Below the pieces are notes generated by a model. The model was not told the origin of the DNA. It saw only the letters and a list, made by a program, of their open reading frames with translations, and did no database searches. A program made the translations under genes and the position numbers. A DNA stretch of 63,931 nt, counting the filler, from Reclinomonas americana ATCC 50394 (lineage: Eukaryota): assembly GCA_048213135.1 (NCBI GenBank). It is 11 parts of 11 records of this genome, joined end to end, with 100 filler letters (N's around TTAATTAATTAA, not from the genome) between each part and the next. Parts side by side here need not be neighbours in the genome. Positions count along the whole stretch, not along the records: positions 37,242 to 44,860 come from AFZH01017872.1; positions 44,961 to 50,749 come from AFZH01017873.1; positions 50,850 to 54,898 come from AFZH01017874.1; 8 more parts are not named here. One strand, 5' to 3'. Positions 38,501 through 51,500 of the stretch are shown piece by piece (the first letter of the stretch is position 1; each line of letters begins with the position of its first letter).

Positions 38501-40710
38501 CTGCCACAGTGGAGCTGGTGACCAACAGGCCCGACGCTGGCGAGCCCACGCTCACGCCATTTGCAAAGGAGCCGTCGCCATTCACTGTGAGATGCAGAGA
38601 GAAATCACACACATAGCACAACAAGAGAGCAGCCGCAAGTGCGTTCATACGCACCTAAGAGCATGTTTCCGCTCCGCACCATGGCATTCACACTGTCCAA
38701 CTGCAACGTTCCGCGCACATCGAAGGAGGAGTACACCACAGCAGCACTCGTGGATGTGCCGGGGATCTCCAGTCGCTTACTGGAGGTGGCGTAGAAGACC
38801 AGAGACGAGACGGTGCTCCGGCCACGCGGCTGCACATTATGTGCTTCCCGTGCAGCGGCAGTGGTCACTGAGGTGGTCGCGGCAAAAATGCCCGTCCCAC
38901 TCACTCCTGGAGGACCAAACACCAATCCGACGTCGGCATCGTCGCCGCTGCTGCTGGAGATTGGTTCACCCGACAGCACTCGCATGCCGCCGAGGACAGA
39001 CATGGAACGATCGGTGGTACACGTATTAATCCCCACCATACCACCACTGCCACTGCTTGTTGAGTTGGTGCACAGCAAGTCTGCAAAAAAAAAGAACGTC
39101 AGCAGGGGGAGGACAGACTCACACACACGCACAAGCGCGCACAAGCTCCCTCCCTCCCTCCCATCTTCTCTCACACGCAAACCTTGTCTTACACGAAGGT
39201 CGCCAGTGATTATGGTGTTGCCCACCGAGGAGAGGTTTCCCTCCGCCGTCACATTCGTCTTTTGGCGCAACACAAAGTACAGCGTCAGCGACACGGCCAA
39301 GAGGAGCGCGAGGAGTGTCGCTGCAGCTGTCCACAAGAGCGCGACATGCTGCGGGGTGGCGAGAGCAAGGATGTTGAGCGCCACTTTCTCTCTCGCCCCA
39401 GTTCTCGATGGTCAAGTCACCTTCCTGGTCCCAAGTCGAGACGGCTTGCGCTGAGCAGCGGCGGACGCGACGATTGCCTCGTGCGCGACAGCTTGCGCTG
39501 TTGGCGCTGGCTGCTGATTGTGATGGGACAAAGGAGGAAGGTCGCGTGATGCGGCAAGTGCCCCGACAGCAACACGCGGGCGAGAGATGGGGTCGCCAAT
39601 ACGTAGCTCCAAGTCTGTGAGCCCAATTGGGCGCGACGGGGTGCCGCCGGGGGCATCAAGTTCGCCACTATCGTGGGACGGAGGGCGGTACGGCTTGATT
39701 GCGGCAGCTGGTGGCATTAGGCGGTGTTCGTAGGCGGAAGCGGCCGTCACCGAGGCAGGGTGCACCGCCAGTACTTCGCGATGAGCTGTGGTCGCATCCG
39801 CCAGTGGCAGTGGCAGGCGCAGTGCGTCGCCGAGCTGACGCGCAGCGCTTGCGCGAACCGACATTTCAGCCGCGGCCGGCTGCGAGGCGTCCGAGTCCGT
39901 GTCGTCCATGGTTTGCTCCGTCGACGGCATCTCCTCACTCAGCCCCGTACTGATGACAACCGGATTCATGACGACTGCAGCCGCTAAAGGTGCCAACTGC
40001 AGTGGTGGCGGGGATGCGGATAGCGTCGTAGTCGTCGCCGCCGCCGCAGTGGTCCGAGTGTCCGTCTGAGGCGGTCGACTGGCGATATCGTTGTGGTTAT
40101 TGTTGTTGGTCATGACAATGCGCGTCTCCAGCAAGCTACCACCACTGCTTCCTGCAGTGTCGGAGCTCGCAGCCGATGTCGCTACGGAGGGTGCGGCAGC
40201 GGATGCCACTGGACTGGCGAACCGCGTGCGCGGTGACGGCAAGGGCGATGAGGGTGGCGTTCCCGCTGGTGTTCGCGTCCGTGGCGAAATCGCGGGAGAC
40301 GGGGACTTGCCTTGGAGCGGACTTGCCGTCGGACGTGGTGGAAGGCCAGTGGCTGGCGGTGACGGAAGCGAGGCCAGGGACGGCCTGAGTACCGGCGGTG
40401 AAAATGATGGGGCACGGAAACGCTTCACAGAGGCCGGAAACATGACTGCCAGAGCATTTGGACTGACGGCGGCCGGCTCTTGTTGGCCTGGCGCCACGGG
40501 AAGCCGTAGTGGACGCGGTGGGAGCTGGTACTGCTGTTTTTCCGACTGCGCCAGAATCAAGAGAACCAAGACAGGGGTGAGTTTCGTCGCCCCCGGGTGC
40601 ACGTGGTGGCGGGCACTCACCGGTGGCACTATGTCCTTCAATTCAAAGGCAAGCGGTGTGTGAGCAGGTGGGAGGGGAATGGAGAGCGCCGTGTTGCTCG
40701 GCGGGGTCAT
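35542..40710 (-). CDS. Type II membrane protein: Pro/Ser-rich cytosolic N-terminus, TM, tail-fibre-like beta-repeat ectodomain, C-terminal peptidase S74 intramolecular chaperone and coiled coil; spans one gap
   Basis: RKPSRLGTRK|HVALLWTAAATLLALLLAVSLTLYFVL TM (intron 39349-39420); MVGINT, GGNVLMDAG and (L.V.G.TTL.G.)n repeats; SDARFKTNI..YGVLAQELEAAFPELV..VNYKALTALLVDAVNE. Confidence 0.85.
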
Positions 40711-41488
40711 GAGTTGCGGGAGGCGTATGCGAACTGTTGTGAGTGAAAGAGAAAGAGAGAGAATGTGTGTGTCAGTATATAGGATGATGTGCCCATCCCC
40801 CTTCTGTCAGAGCGGAATTGTGAGAATGAAAGAGAGAGAGAGAAAGAGATAGAAATGAAGAGGAAAGCTAACCGCGGCGACGTGGACATACTGTTGATTG
40901 GAAGACAACGCGACACTAGTGATCGTGAGCGTCTGGTGTGCATCCAGAATGCACGTGAACACTGACTCGCCCCCTCCCTCTCTGCTACATGATTCCATGT
41001 ATGTGCGCGCGTGTGTGTGTGTGCGTGCGTGCGTCGCTGGTGCCACGAGTGTGTGACATGTGAGTCCACACGAGAAAACAGAACACAAATCACACGCAAC
41101 CGTGGTAGCGGGTGGTCTCTGCAGCCTCCGCTGCTGCCGTCTGCACCGCTGTCACATGCGGTGGCGCTCGAGGTTGATCAGACGGCGTCGTTGAAGAGGA
41201 GGTTGCAGAGGTGGTGTCGTCGTGAGATGATTGCGACATTCCCGTATCTCTCGCTCTCTCGCAGTGCTGGAAATTGAAGAATATCGGACACCTGTATCAG
41301 CGATGAAGGCCTTGTGTTTCTTGTTTTCTTCGTCGCCTATCTTACTCTCCACACTCCACTCGTTGCAGGCGCACAGGGATTGGCCTGTCTGTCTTCTCAC
41401 AGGTGTGTGTCAGTTCGCGAAAAACGGTGCATCAACATTGTCGGACATACAGGACTTGGACGCACAATCAAACAGTGCCTGTGAGAGA

Positions 41489-42100
41489 ATGAGTCTGGAG
41501 GAGCTCAACGCTACGCTGGCGCAAGTGGAGTCATTTTTTGACAGCTGCGTATGCTGGTGTCAGCATGCAAGCAGTGTGTGCTGTTGGACATGCACGACAC
41601 TCACACCCACTTGCACTTGCAGGTGCAGATGGCCAGGCGCAGCTGGAGCAGCAGTTCAAGAATGCCGACGCTGACGACTCGGGGAAGCTCGATCGCGCAG
41701 AGGTGTGAAACAGCATATCATGAGCGAGATGTGCACTCGTGTGTTGGGTTCTGTTTTGTTTCTCACATGTGCGCGCGTGCGGGCGGCCATTTCCCTCGTT
41801 TCGCGCAGGTGGAGCGCTTGCTGCAGGAGCTTGCCAGCAGTGGCATGGTGCCAACTGTGACTTCTGTGAACGAGGAGGTCGTCAATGACGTGTTCACACA
41901 GTTTGACAAGGACGGCTCGGGTGAGTGCGAGTTGTGCTGCGCGCGCAATGTGGTTCATGACGAGTACCCCTCACCGCTGCGCACATTCAGGCACACTGGA
42001 GCTCGACGAATTCAAGGCACTGGCCAAACAGGTGGTCCTCGCCACAGTGCGCTTTATGGCTGAGCTCGCCGCCTCCATGGCCGCGGGCACGGACGAGTGA
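41489..42100 (+). CDS. Small EF-hand Ca2+-binding protein (two EF-hands)
   Basis: Loops DADDSGKLDRAE and DKDGSGTLELDE; four exons, the first intron GC-AG. Confidence 0.8.
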
Positions 42101-42501
42101 CAGCGTGTGCGGACTCGCATTGCCACATTTGGGCTGAATCTTCGCTGTTTTTTTGACCGACTCTCTTCCCTTTTCTTCCCATCGTTGTCTTGCCGCATGC
42201 CTCTCTTTTACGTGAGACACACCGAGTGCATGTAAATCCATCCGCATTAATTTCATGCGGAATACATTGCACAGAAAAAATATTGGTTGTCTGGTAACCT
42301 CGCAGTTGCTATAGGTTCATGAGCGCCTCATTACCACAGGTTACCAGCAGTGCGCCGAGTTTGCATTCGACACGAGCAAGCCAGTGAGTGAGTGAGTGAG
42401 TGAGGGCAGCGTGCCTGGTGCACCCGGAGTTGGCGTGTCCTAGTGGTTGCCATTTTTGTTTCATTTGAGTTTTCAACGGCGAGCGGGCGGTGCCACGAGT
42501 G

Positions 42502-45500
42502 ATGCGAGTGCACCCGTGCACTCTCGAGTCAGGGGGCGCATGTACTGACACTAGCAGGTGGTGGCGGTGGCGATGTGGGAGACGAGTATCGACAACCGCT
42601 GTGTTGATCATGATGTTGGTCATGGTGGTGGTACTCGCACACTCGCCATGGCCATGCGCGTCGGCGTCCCCGTTGCCAGAGCGGCACACCTTAACGAATC
42701 AGCAAGTGATCTCGCTCTCTCAGCAGCAGCCGTTGTCGACATCCGCCCTGTGTGTGGGTGAGTGCACGCATCGCATTCGCAGCGTATGTGTGTCCGGCAT
42801 TGCCCGTATGGCCGTATTCATCACGTGATTGATCTCGTGTGTTGCCTCACAGTGCACGTCTCCTCCACTGGCCCCACGCCTGTCGACGCGTGCGGCATCG
42901 ACGACGTCCACCCATGCACACTGCAGGATGCACCATCCTCGTGTGTCACGGCACAAGGGTTCGATGGCGACTCGCCCGACTGGGCCCTCCATGTGTTGCT
43001 GGCCGACGATGGGCCCCCCTACGCCGCCTCCTCCTGGCACCTCGAGGTGACAGGTGCACACATATATACACTATGATTCCACTTCTTCTTCTTCTTCTTC
43101 TTCCTCATCGCAACACAGGGCGCAACACGACACTGGAGGCGAGCGTCACCTCGGCTGCCGTGGTGCTGTGGACCCCTCCCGGCAACACCGTCATTCGCGT
43201 GCAAGACTGCGCCGACTTTCGCCTCATCAACCTCGTGCTGAAGGCCGGCGACGCGAGTGTCTCCGACCCCGCACCTGCCGTTTTGCAACCTGCGGTCTCG
43301 TGGACACCGGCAGTGGCGGGCGGCGCAGACGCCACGAGCGTCAGTGGTGTCGTCTCCATCTCTGGCTCCTCTTTCCTGGGCACGGTGGGCGTGCTGTTGG
43401 ATACATCGTCTTCGGCAGCGGGTCTGGCGTCGGTGATCGCCAGCGACGTGCGCGTTCACATTGAAGACGCGGTGTTTGCCGACCACCGCGATCTGTCGGC
43501 GCTGACTATCATCCACACAAGTGCTTCTCCCGCCTCCACCAGCTCCCTTGCTGTGACGCTGGTGAACTCCACTTGGCGCAACAACGCCAAGCACGGCAAG
43601 GACGCTTCGGGGGCGGCCGTGTCGGTGATTGCGACGGCTGCGACGGCAGATGTTGTGGCAGTGGACGACGACGTGCAGCTCCACATGATCAACTGCACGT
43701 TTGTCGACAACTCGGTGGTGGGAACGGGCGACGCAAGCTCCTCACTCGGTCACGCTGGCGGCGGTGCCGTCTTCATCAGTGTCGCCACAGGGTCTCTCTC
43801 CGTCACCACCAGCGGATGCACGTTATCTGGCAACTCAGCCACGCAGCTTGCCGGCGTTCAAACCGGCGGTGGCGCGATGTACATTGTCGCATCGCCGACG
43901 ACGCATCCCGCGTCGTTGACGGACTTGAACAGTGTGTGGAGCGACAACCACGTCGTGCAGTGTGGCATGGGAGACATGGTCTCGCCGAGGGGCGCGAGTA
44001 ATGTGGGCGGCGGTGCGCTGTGGGCGCTCAACATCGACACGATGGCCCAATCGGGCACAGTGTGGTCGGGAAACAGCGTGACCGGCAGCGGCAGTGCTCT
44101 CCAGTGCAGCAGTTCTGGCACGCCACTGTGCGATGTTGCGCGTGCCGAAGGTGGTGTTCACGTCGGTGGCGGAGCTGTGTGGCTGCGCCTTGGCGGAGGA
44201 GGGGGAGGAGGAGGAGTGATGTCGTCCTCCGACGTTGTCGTCACACTCGAGGTTTAGTTTGTTGTTGGTCGACAACGCGCGAGACTCCCTTGTTCTCTCA
44301 CCGTCTTGCGTGCCTGTTCATGTAGAGTGTGTCGGTCACCGGCAACCGTGTTGTCGACAGCTGTCGCGGTGGCAGTGCTCTGACTGGCGACGGCAACAGT
44401 GGATATCTGTGTGGAGGTGGCTTTCTGTGGCTGCACGGAGGTGGCGATGACAATGGCGCCGGTGATGCGGTGAGCGCAAGTGTGCACATCAACAGAGGCG
44501 TGTTTGTCAACAACACAGTCTCCGGTGTGGCGAGTGGTGGCGACGGGAACACTGGCAGCGGCGATGCGATTGGCGTCGATACGTTGTTCTCCGATCTTGG
44601 TGCGCAGATGAGCCTGTCGGGAGGCGGGGCAGTGTGGTCGTTCTTCCCCGCGAACGTGCAGGCAGCAGTCGAGGTGCGTGGGCGGAAGGGAAGGGAGAAG
44701 AAGGGAAGGGATGAGGAAGGGATGAATGGATAGAGGGAGAGTGGGCGAGGTGATAGGGTGAAAGAGAAGGGAAGATAAGAGGGTGAGAGGGAGAGAGGGA
44801 GGGAGGGAGAGAGAGAGGAGGGAGAGAGAGAGGGAGGGGAAGGAGGAGGAGAGAGAGAGTNNNNNNNNNNNNNNNNNNNNNNNNNNNNNNNNNNNNNNNN
44901 NNNNTTAATTAATTAANNNNNNNNNNNNNNNNNNNNNNNNNNNNNNNNNNNNNNNNNNNNAGTTGGCTCGTCGTGCAACGGTGGCACGGGAAGCATGCGC
45001 TCTCGCGACTCCCGCGGCGGTGGCTGTGGTGGTGGGGCGATTCTCTCAATGTTCGCTGCTCGATCCTCGCAGGTGAGCGAGTGGGGTCGACTTTGAGAGG
45101 GCGTGCGTACACCGCTTCTGACTGACGCGAGATGCAGAACATCAACGACTGCAAGTTCGTGAGCAACGCAGTCACCGCCAGCGGCAACGGGGGCACGGCT
45201 GACGGTATGCATTCCAGCTTCATGCGTGCAAGAGAAGGGGAGACTCACCAGGTGTGCGGGCAGGTGCGCGAGGCAGTGCAGACTCGTGGGGCGGAAATCA
45301 CGGTGGCGGGGGTTTGTGGGTCGCCTTTGCGGATGATGGAGTGCAGGTGAGCCGTGTGCGCTGCGTGCAAGCGACTCGATTTCGTATATGAATACCCCGT
45401 GATGTGGCTTGCAGGTGATCACACAGTGTGAGTTTACCAGCAACGAGGCACGCGCCCTCGGAAGTGGAGGCACCTCTGGTGAGTATAATCGCGTGCAAAA

Positions 45501-48500
45501 AAATGTGACTGCGTGGTTACGTTTCTCATTCTCGGTGCAGAGGAAGACAGTGCAAGTGCCAACGCCGTGTCGCCGCATGCTGGGGGTGCTGGCGTGTTTG
45601 TCAATTTTGTGAAGAAGGGGGACCAGGTGAGAATTACATTCATGATTCCTGTTGCGCGTGCTGCTCACGTGGCGAGCGACGACGCAGACAATTACCCAGT
45701 GCCTGTTTCAGCGCAACAAGTCCAGCGACAACCTGACGGGCGGTGTCAGCGGTAATCTTGGGCGTGTACATTGCTGTGTCCCACTCTCGCGCCTGATCTA
45801 GCATCTCTCTCTTTCTCTCCCACTCCTTCTCTCCCTTCAGATGGTTTCGTCAGCACAGCTGACAGCATGCGGTCGACTCTGGGAGGCGGTGGCGGTGCAC
45901 TGTGGATCTCCATGGCCGGCGCTCTCTCACGGCAGGTACTGCAGAGTCGCATGAGTGACTCCCTTGTTTCATTCGCGCCGTCTCACAGCAAGAGATTTAG
46001 GTCCTGTCGCAGTGCGACTTTGTGGCGAACGAGTCACTTCGCAACGGCCGTGGAGGAAGCGCTGGTGCGGCGCTAGTCGAACAGAACACGAGTCGTCGCC
46101 ATTCCATCTTCTCTTTTCTTCTCACTTCTCCGAGGTAGGGGGCGACTATGGCAGTGCGAATGGACTGGGAGGCTTCCACGGTGGTGGCGCGATGTGGTTT
46201 CAGGCCACGAGCAGCGCCACGCAGACGATTGATGGGTGCACGTTTTCGCAAAACCATGTCGTCGGCAACAACAATGGCGGTCTCGCTTGTTGCGTTTTAT
46301 TTCGCGCGCGCGGCCCACCTGTGACTGTGCGTTGTTGACGAGTCTGGTCGTTACTTTCATGCCATCGCAGCACATGCGGGCGGTCAGGCGGACTCTGTTG
46401 GCGGGTTCACTGGTGGTGGCGCCTTGTACGTTTTGGTGTACTATTCGACGAATTTTGTCATGGTAAGTCGCACGTGCAATCCGTTGTCAGCGCATCAGTG
46501 TTTGCTGAACTCGATCGTCTGTACGCCAGCTTGTCAACAATTGTACGTTCGTGGAGAATTCGGTCACTGACACGGCCAACGGTGGCGTCGGAGGTAAGAA
46601 GGAGGATGAAGGACAGTATGGATGAGAGAGTGGATCGCAGCCCTCGTTGCTCACTCATTTCAACAGGTGATGTGACTGACGGCGATGCCAGCTGTGCGGG
46701 TGCCTACTATGGTGGCGGAGCATTGTGGATGTCGATTGACTCGAAGAACAGCACGCAGGTGGAGGGCACGCACACAGATGCTTGATCATGTCTGTGTCAC
46801 ATCTCATGGCTTCATTCTACAGACGATTAGCAACTCGCGCTTTGTGAACAATGTGGTCGAGAATGTGGCACTTGGCGGCCACGATGGATACGATGGCAAG
46901 ACAGCTGCGCTGGCGAGTGGCGGCGGTGGCCTGCTGATGCAAACCGTGCAAGACTCGTCGGTGGTGTGTCCGCCGCTCCCCCCCTCGTGTGACGCATCGC
47001 GGCGGTTGATTGATCATACCGTGGCTCACTGTAGACCGAGATCACCAACTGTGACTTTGTCGGCAACACGGTGCGGCACACTGCGGCCGGTGGCACGCGC
47101 AACTTCAACCGTGGCGATGCCTCCGGGTTTGCCAATGGCGGTGGAGGGCTGCTGGCCGCACTGCCCGGCACACTGCGGGTATGCGTGCATCCAGTGGTCT
47201 GACAAACGGTATGCTGACTGTGCGTCTGCCTTTTCATCTGCAGATTTCTGGCAGCCGCTTTGCGAACAACACTGCGGCGGAGAATGGTAAGAAATGTCGC
47301 TTACTGTACTCCCTGTTCTTCCCCGCCTCATTCCCCTGACTTCATGCGTCATCCGTCAGCCACTGGAGGCGATCACAATGGTCAGTCGGCCAACAGCGCG
47401 TCGACATACGCAGGTGGCGGTGGTCTGCTTGTGTACTCGCCACCGACGCAGTTGGCACGCTTGGTGCGGTGATGACAATCGTGTAATAACCCCCGCACAG
47501 TTCTTGCTTGCTCACCGCTCGTGCGTGCAGGTTCTGCGTGACAGCTCATTCACCTTCAACGTCAGCACCCGCAACTGCGCCGGTGGCTCGTACACTGGCA
47601 GTGGGTCGTCTTTTGCTACGTTTTGCGGTGGCGGAGGGGCACTGCTTGTGGCCCCCGTGCTCACCGCAGCACAGGTATATTCATTCGTTCTGTTGCTTGC
47701 GAGGCGCTTGCCGCGATCTCTCATATGCATGTCACGTGTCGACAGACGACATTCACAGTCAGCAACACCACCTTCTCGCACAATGCATCTGTGCTCGACG
47801 GCAGCGGCGGCCTGCACAACTCGCTCAACGGGCAAGGCAGTTCGCATCACGGTGGCGGAGGCCTTCTCATTGCGAACCCCCCGGCTCTGGTGACAGGCTC
47901 TCAGTTTCTCGGCAACCGCGTGGTCGATGCTGGTGCCGGCAACGGGCAGTTTGTTTCTGGCCAGTTGTGCGGCGGTGGCGGTGCCATGCTGTTCAACTCG
48001 GTCTCCCTTGTCTCGTCGGCGTTGAGTGGCAACTCGGTGACCTCGAGTGTGCCGGAGGTGATTGCTGGTCGAGCCTGCGGTGGCGGCGCTATGCTCCTCG
48101 ACAGTGCCAGCACGGCGAGCGCTGTGGTGGCCTCCAGCAACGCGGTGATTGGTGACTTGATTAGTGGAGGTGGTGTCTTGATCGGCGCGCAGTCGTTGCT
48201 GGCGCAATCGACTGTGTCCACCAACCAGGCGGACGCGGCTGGCGGTGGAGTTGCCATGGGTGGTGTCGGTAGTCGCCTTGTTGCTACGACAGTTTCCGGC
48301 AATTCCTCGCCGCACGGCTACGGTGGTGGTATCGCGCTGAATGAGGTGGCGACGGAAGCGACGCTGCAGGCGGTGGTCGTCTCCCGCAATCGTGCACGGT
48401 ACGGCGGTGGTATCACCGTACAAGCTGATCGTGCGCACCTGCTTCTCTCGGCAGCCACAGTGGTTGAGCGCAACGTTGCCGATCGCAACGGCGGCGGAAT

Positions 48501-51500
48501 CTATCTGACTGCAACCGGTGCGCTGTCGGTGACAGAGGGATCCGCTCTGCGCAGCAACCTTGCGCACCAGTTTGGCGGCGGTCTCTTTGCCGACTCGCAA
48601 TCGCAGTCGCAGTTGTTGAATGCCGTCATCAGTGACAATGTGGCGGCGTTCGGTAGCGGCATGTATGCCGGCGAAGAGAGTGTGCACGAGTTGCAGCGCA
48701 CCGACATTGCCCGTAATGTGGCATCGACGGCTGACGGAGGCGGACTGTGCCTGGAGGGAGCCACCTCCATGGTTCTCACTGAGTGCACGTTGACGGACAA
48801 CAGCGCAGCACTCGCTGGAGGCGCCGCTTTCTTGTCTCAGTTGGCCAATGTGCACTCTGACGATTGTCAGTTTACGGGCAATCAAGCGGCAACGTCGGGC
48901 GGCCATGTGTACGCCGGTGGCCTGAGCGCATGGGCGGACGCGGGCAGTTCGCTGCGTGGTGGCCTGGCGCAGCTCCGCGGTGGCGCTGCGTACGTGGCGG
49001 GGAGCGTGCAGGCCACTCTGGAGGACACGGTGCTCACTGACAACTCGGTTGCGGCGGGGGTTGGCGGTGGAATGTCGATTGCAGAGACTGCGAATGTGAC
49101 GTTGACGCGAGCCGAATTGACGGCCAATCAAGCTCAATCGGGTGGAGCAGTGCACACCGACAACGCACCACAACTGGTGTTGCTCGACACTGTATTGCAG
49201 GGGAATCGTGCCGTGGCTGCCGGTGGCGCTCTCTACGGCGGTGGCCACGGAGTGATTCGCAGTAGCGGCTGCCACTTTGAGGAGAACGTGGCCCTGCGTG
49301 GCGACGGTGGTGCAGCGTCGCTCAGCAACAGCACCATGGTGACACTTACGGATGCAGTATTCGACAGCAACGTGTCGGGCAGTCGCGGCGGAGCCCTTGC
49401 TCTCAACATGACTGCCGCGAGCGCGAATCAGATGACGGCTGGTGCGCATGACGCACCGCCGACTGGTATGACACTCGAACGAGTAGTACTGCGTCGCAAC
49501 CGCGCCGAGGCTCCAGCGGCGCAGGAGGGTGCGCGAACGCTCGGCCAAGGTGCTGGTGGAGGCTTGTTCTGGGACGGCGGCAGTGATCCGCAGTTGCTCG
49601 CCACTGTCGCAGCCGCGTTTGAGGAGAGCGGCGGATGGCGGCACTGGCTACAGGCACGCGACGTGGCAACCGAAGACAATATGGCGACCAACGCAGAAGC
49701 AAGTGATATTGGCAGCAGTTGCGTATGCTGTTGATTGACAGCGTGCGCCCAGTTCTTTTTTTGTTCCTTTTCGTTGCATAACGTACGTGCATGTGCTATT
49801 GTGTGCAGCATTCTTCGACGTGGTGCTGGATGTGTCCAGCGGACTACCGTACTCGTCGCCCGAGACGCCGCGCGTCTTGCGTGTGAACGCCACCGATGTG
49901 GCCGGCCAATTCATGTCGACGTTGGACAGCACGCTGTTCACAGTCTACTGTCCCGGTTGCAGTGCAGGCGTTGCGTGCTGCTCACCATTGCGCCAATTGC
50001 GGTATGCGTGCGTTCACTGATTGTTCCTCGAATGCATCGGCAGAGCACGAGTCAATCACAGGCGACGCACAACGGCACCGCAGTGTATCAGTTGCTTGTC
50101 AATGTGCGCGGCGAAGACGGTGGCGGTGGTGCGGTCAACCGCACATTTCGTGCGGACGACTCGACGACAACTACCGCCACTACGTTTACCGTCTCCGTGA
50201 CTACCACCGGCAGTGGCTCCTTTTCTGGTTTTTCGCCCGCCCTGGCCATGGAAGTAGAGCCGTGTCCCGCGGGCATGGAGTACACGAATGTTGGTTGCCA
50301 GCAGTGTCCGCTGGGGTTCTACTCGCTTCCTGGCCCCTCGTTCAATCAGACGTGCCTGGTGTGCCCCGAGCATGTCGAGTGTCTCGGCGGCACTGCAGTA
50401 CTCGTGACCAGTACCTACTGGACGTTCCCTCTGGATGCGGACTGGATAATACAGCCGGCACACGCGCGCGGTACCACGGGAGCCACCGTCCTTCCGCCAG
50501 CCAACGGCAAGCTAGTGGCCTACCCGTGTCCTTTCAATTACTGCGAGCGACCCGACGGTGCCTCAGTGGCAGCAACTGACGACCAGCCCGCTGATTACTG
50601 CAATGAGGTGTCCGACCGGGATCCCAAGTCGCCGATGTGCGGTGCTTGTCGGGTGGGTGGGAGGAGAAGGGGAAGGGGGAAGGGGGAGGGAAGGGGAGGG
50701 AAGGGGAAGGGAGGGAGGGAGGGAGGGAGGGAGGGAGGGAGGGAGGAGGNNNNNNNNNNNNNNNNNNNNNNNNNNNNNNNNNNNNNNNNNNNNTTAATTA
50801 ATTAANNNNNNNNNNNNNNNNNNNNNNNNNNNNNNNNNNNNNNNNNNNNGGGAGTGAGAGGAGGAACAGGGCAAAGGGGAATTGGAAAGGAGAAAGAGGG
50901 GAAAGAACGGGGAAGACTAGTAAAGGAGGGGGAAAACAGAAAGAGTGGGAAGACGAAGAGTCGGGAAAGGGTGAAGGGGGCGAAAGTCGATGAGTGATGG
51001 TGAGGGTTGTGAGACTGAGAGCAGTGGGCTCACGAATTGTAGAGTTGAGGTAGAAAAATAGGAGTGATAAAATGGTGAGGGAAGAAGACGATGAGATGGT
51101 AGATGGGTGTTCGTCGCAAAGTTACAGAGAACTTCGTGATTGTACTGTGGCAAGAGGAGGGAGAATAGCGCAAGTGGGTTGCAGTGAAATATTACTGAGA
51201 GTTGGAATGCGATATGCAAAAAACGTGGAAGGGCGAAGACAGAGTACGTGAGAGAGACGATGAGATTGTGGAAGAGTTGTGAACGCCGCCGTATCGGAGC
51301 AGGATGCGGGAGAGATGAGAGGTGATGATGAGGCGTATGCGCGAGAGATAGAGAGTGGACAGGGGCTAAGAAATCAACAGCGGAGGTGCCGAGGAAGTCT
51401 TCGAGAGAGAGAAATGACGATGATGCAGGAGAAACGTGATTCTTAGCTGTCTGTCTTCTCACTTATCCACCCTCCTTCCACCTCACGCCTCTCCTTTCCC

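Noticed and set aside
35542..38654. Prophage or endogenous giant-virus insertion
   Set aside because: No capsid, integrase, polymerase or other viral genes nearby; the fibre gene has host-type introns and a host-like TM and N-terminus.
47512..49644. 710-aa ORF on the - strand
   Set aside because: Antisense shadow of the GC-rich Pmp-like exon.
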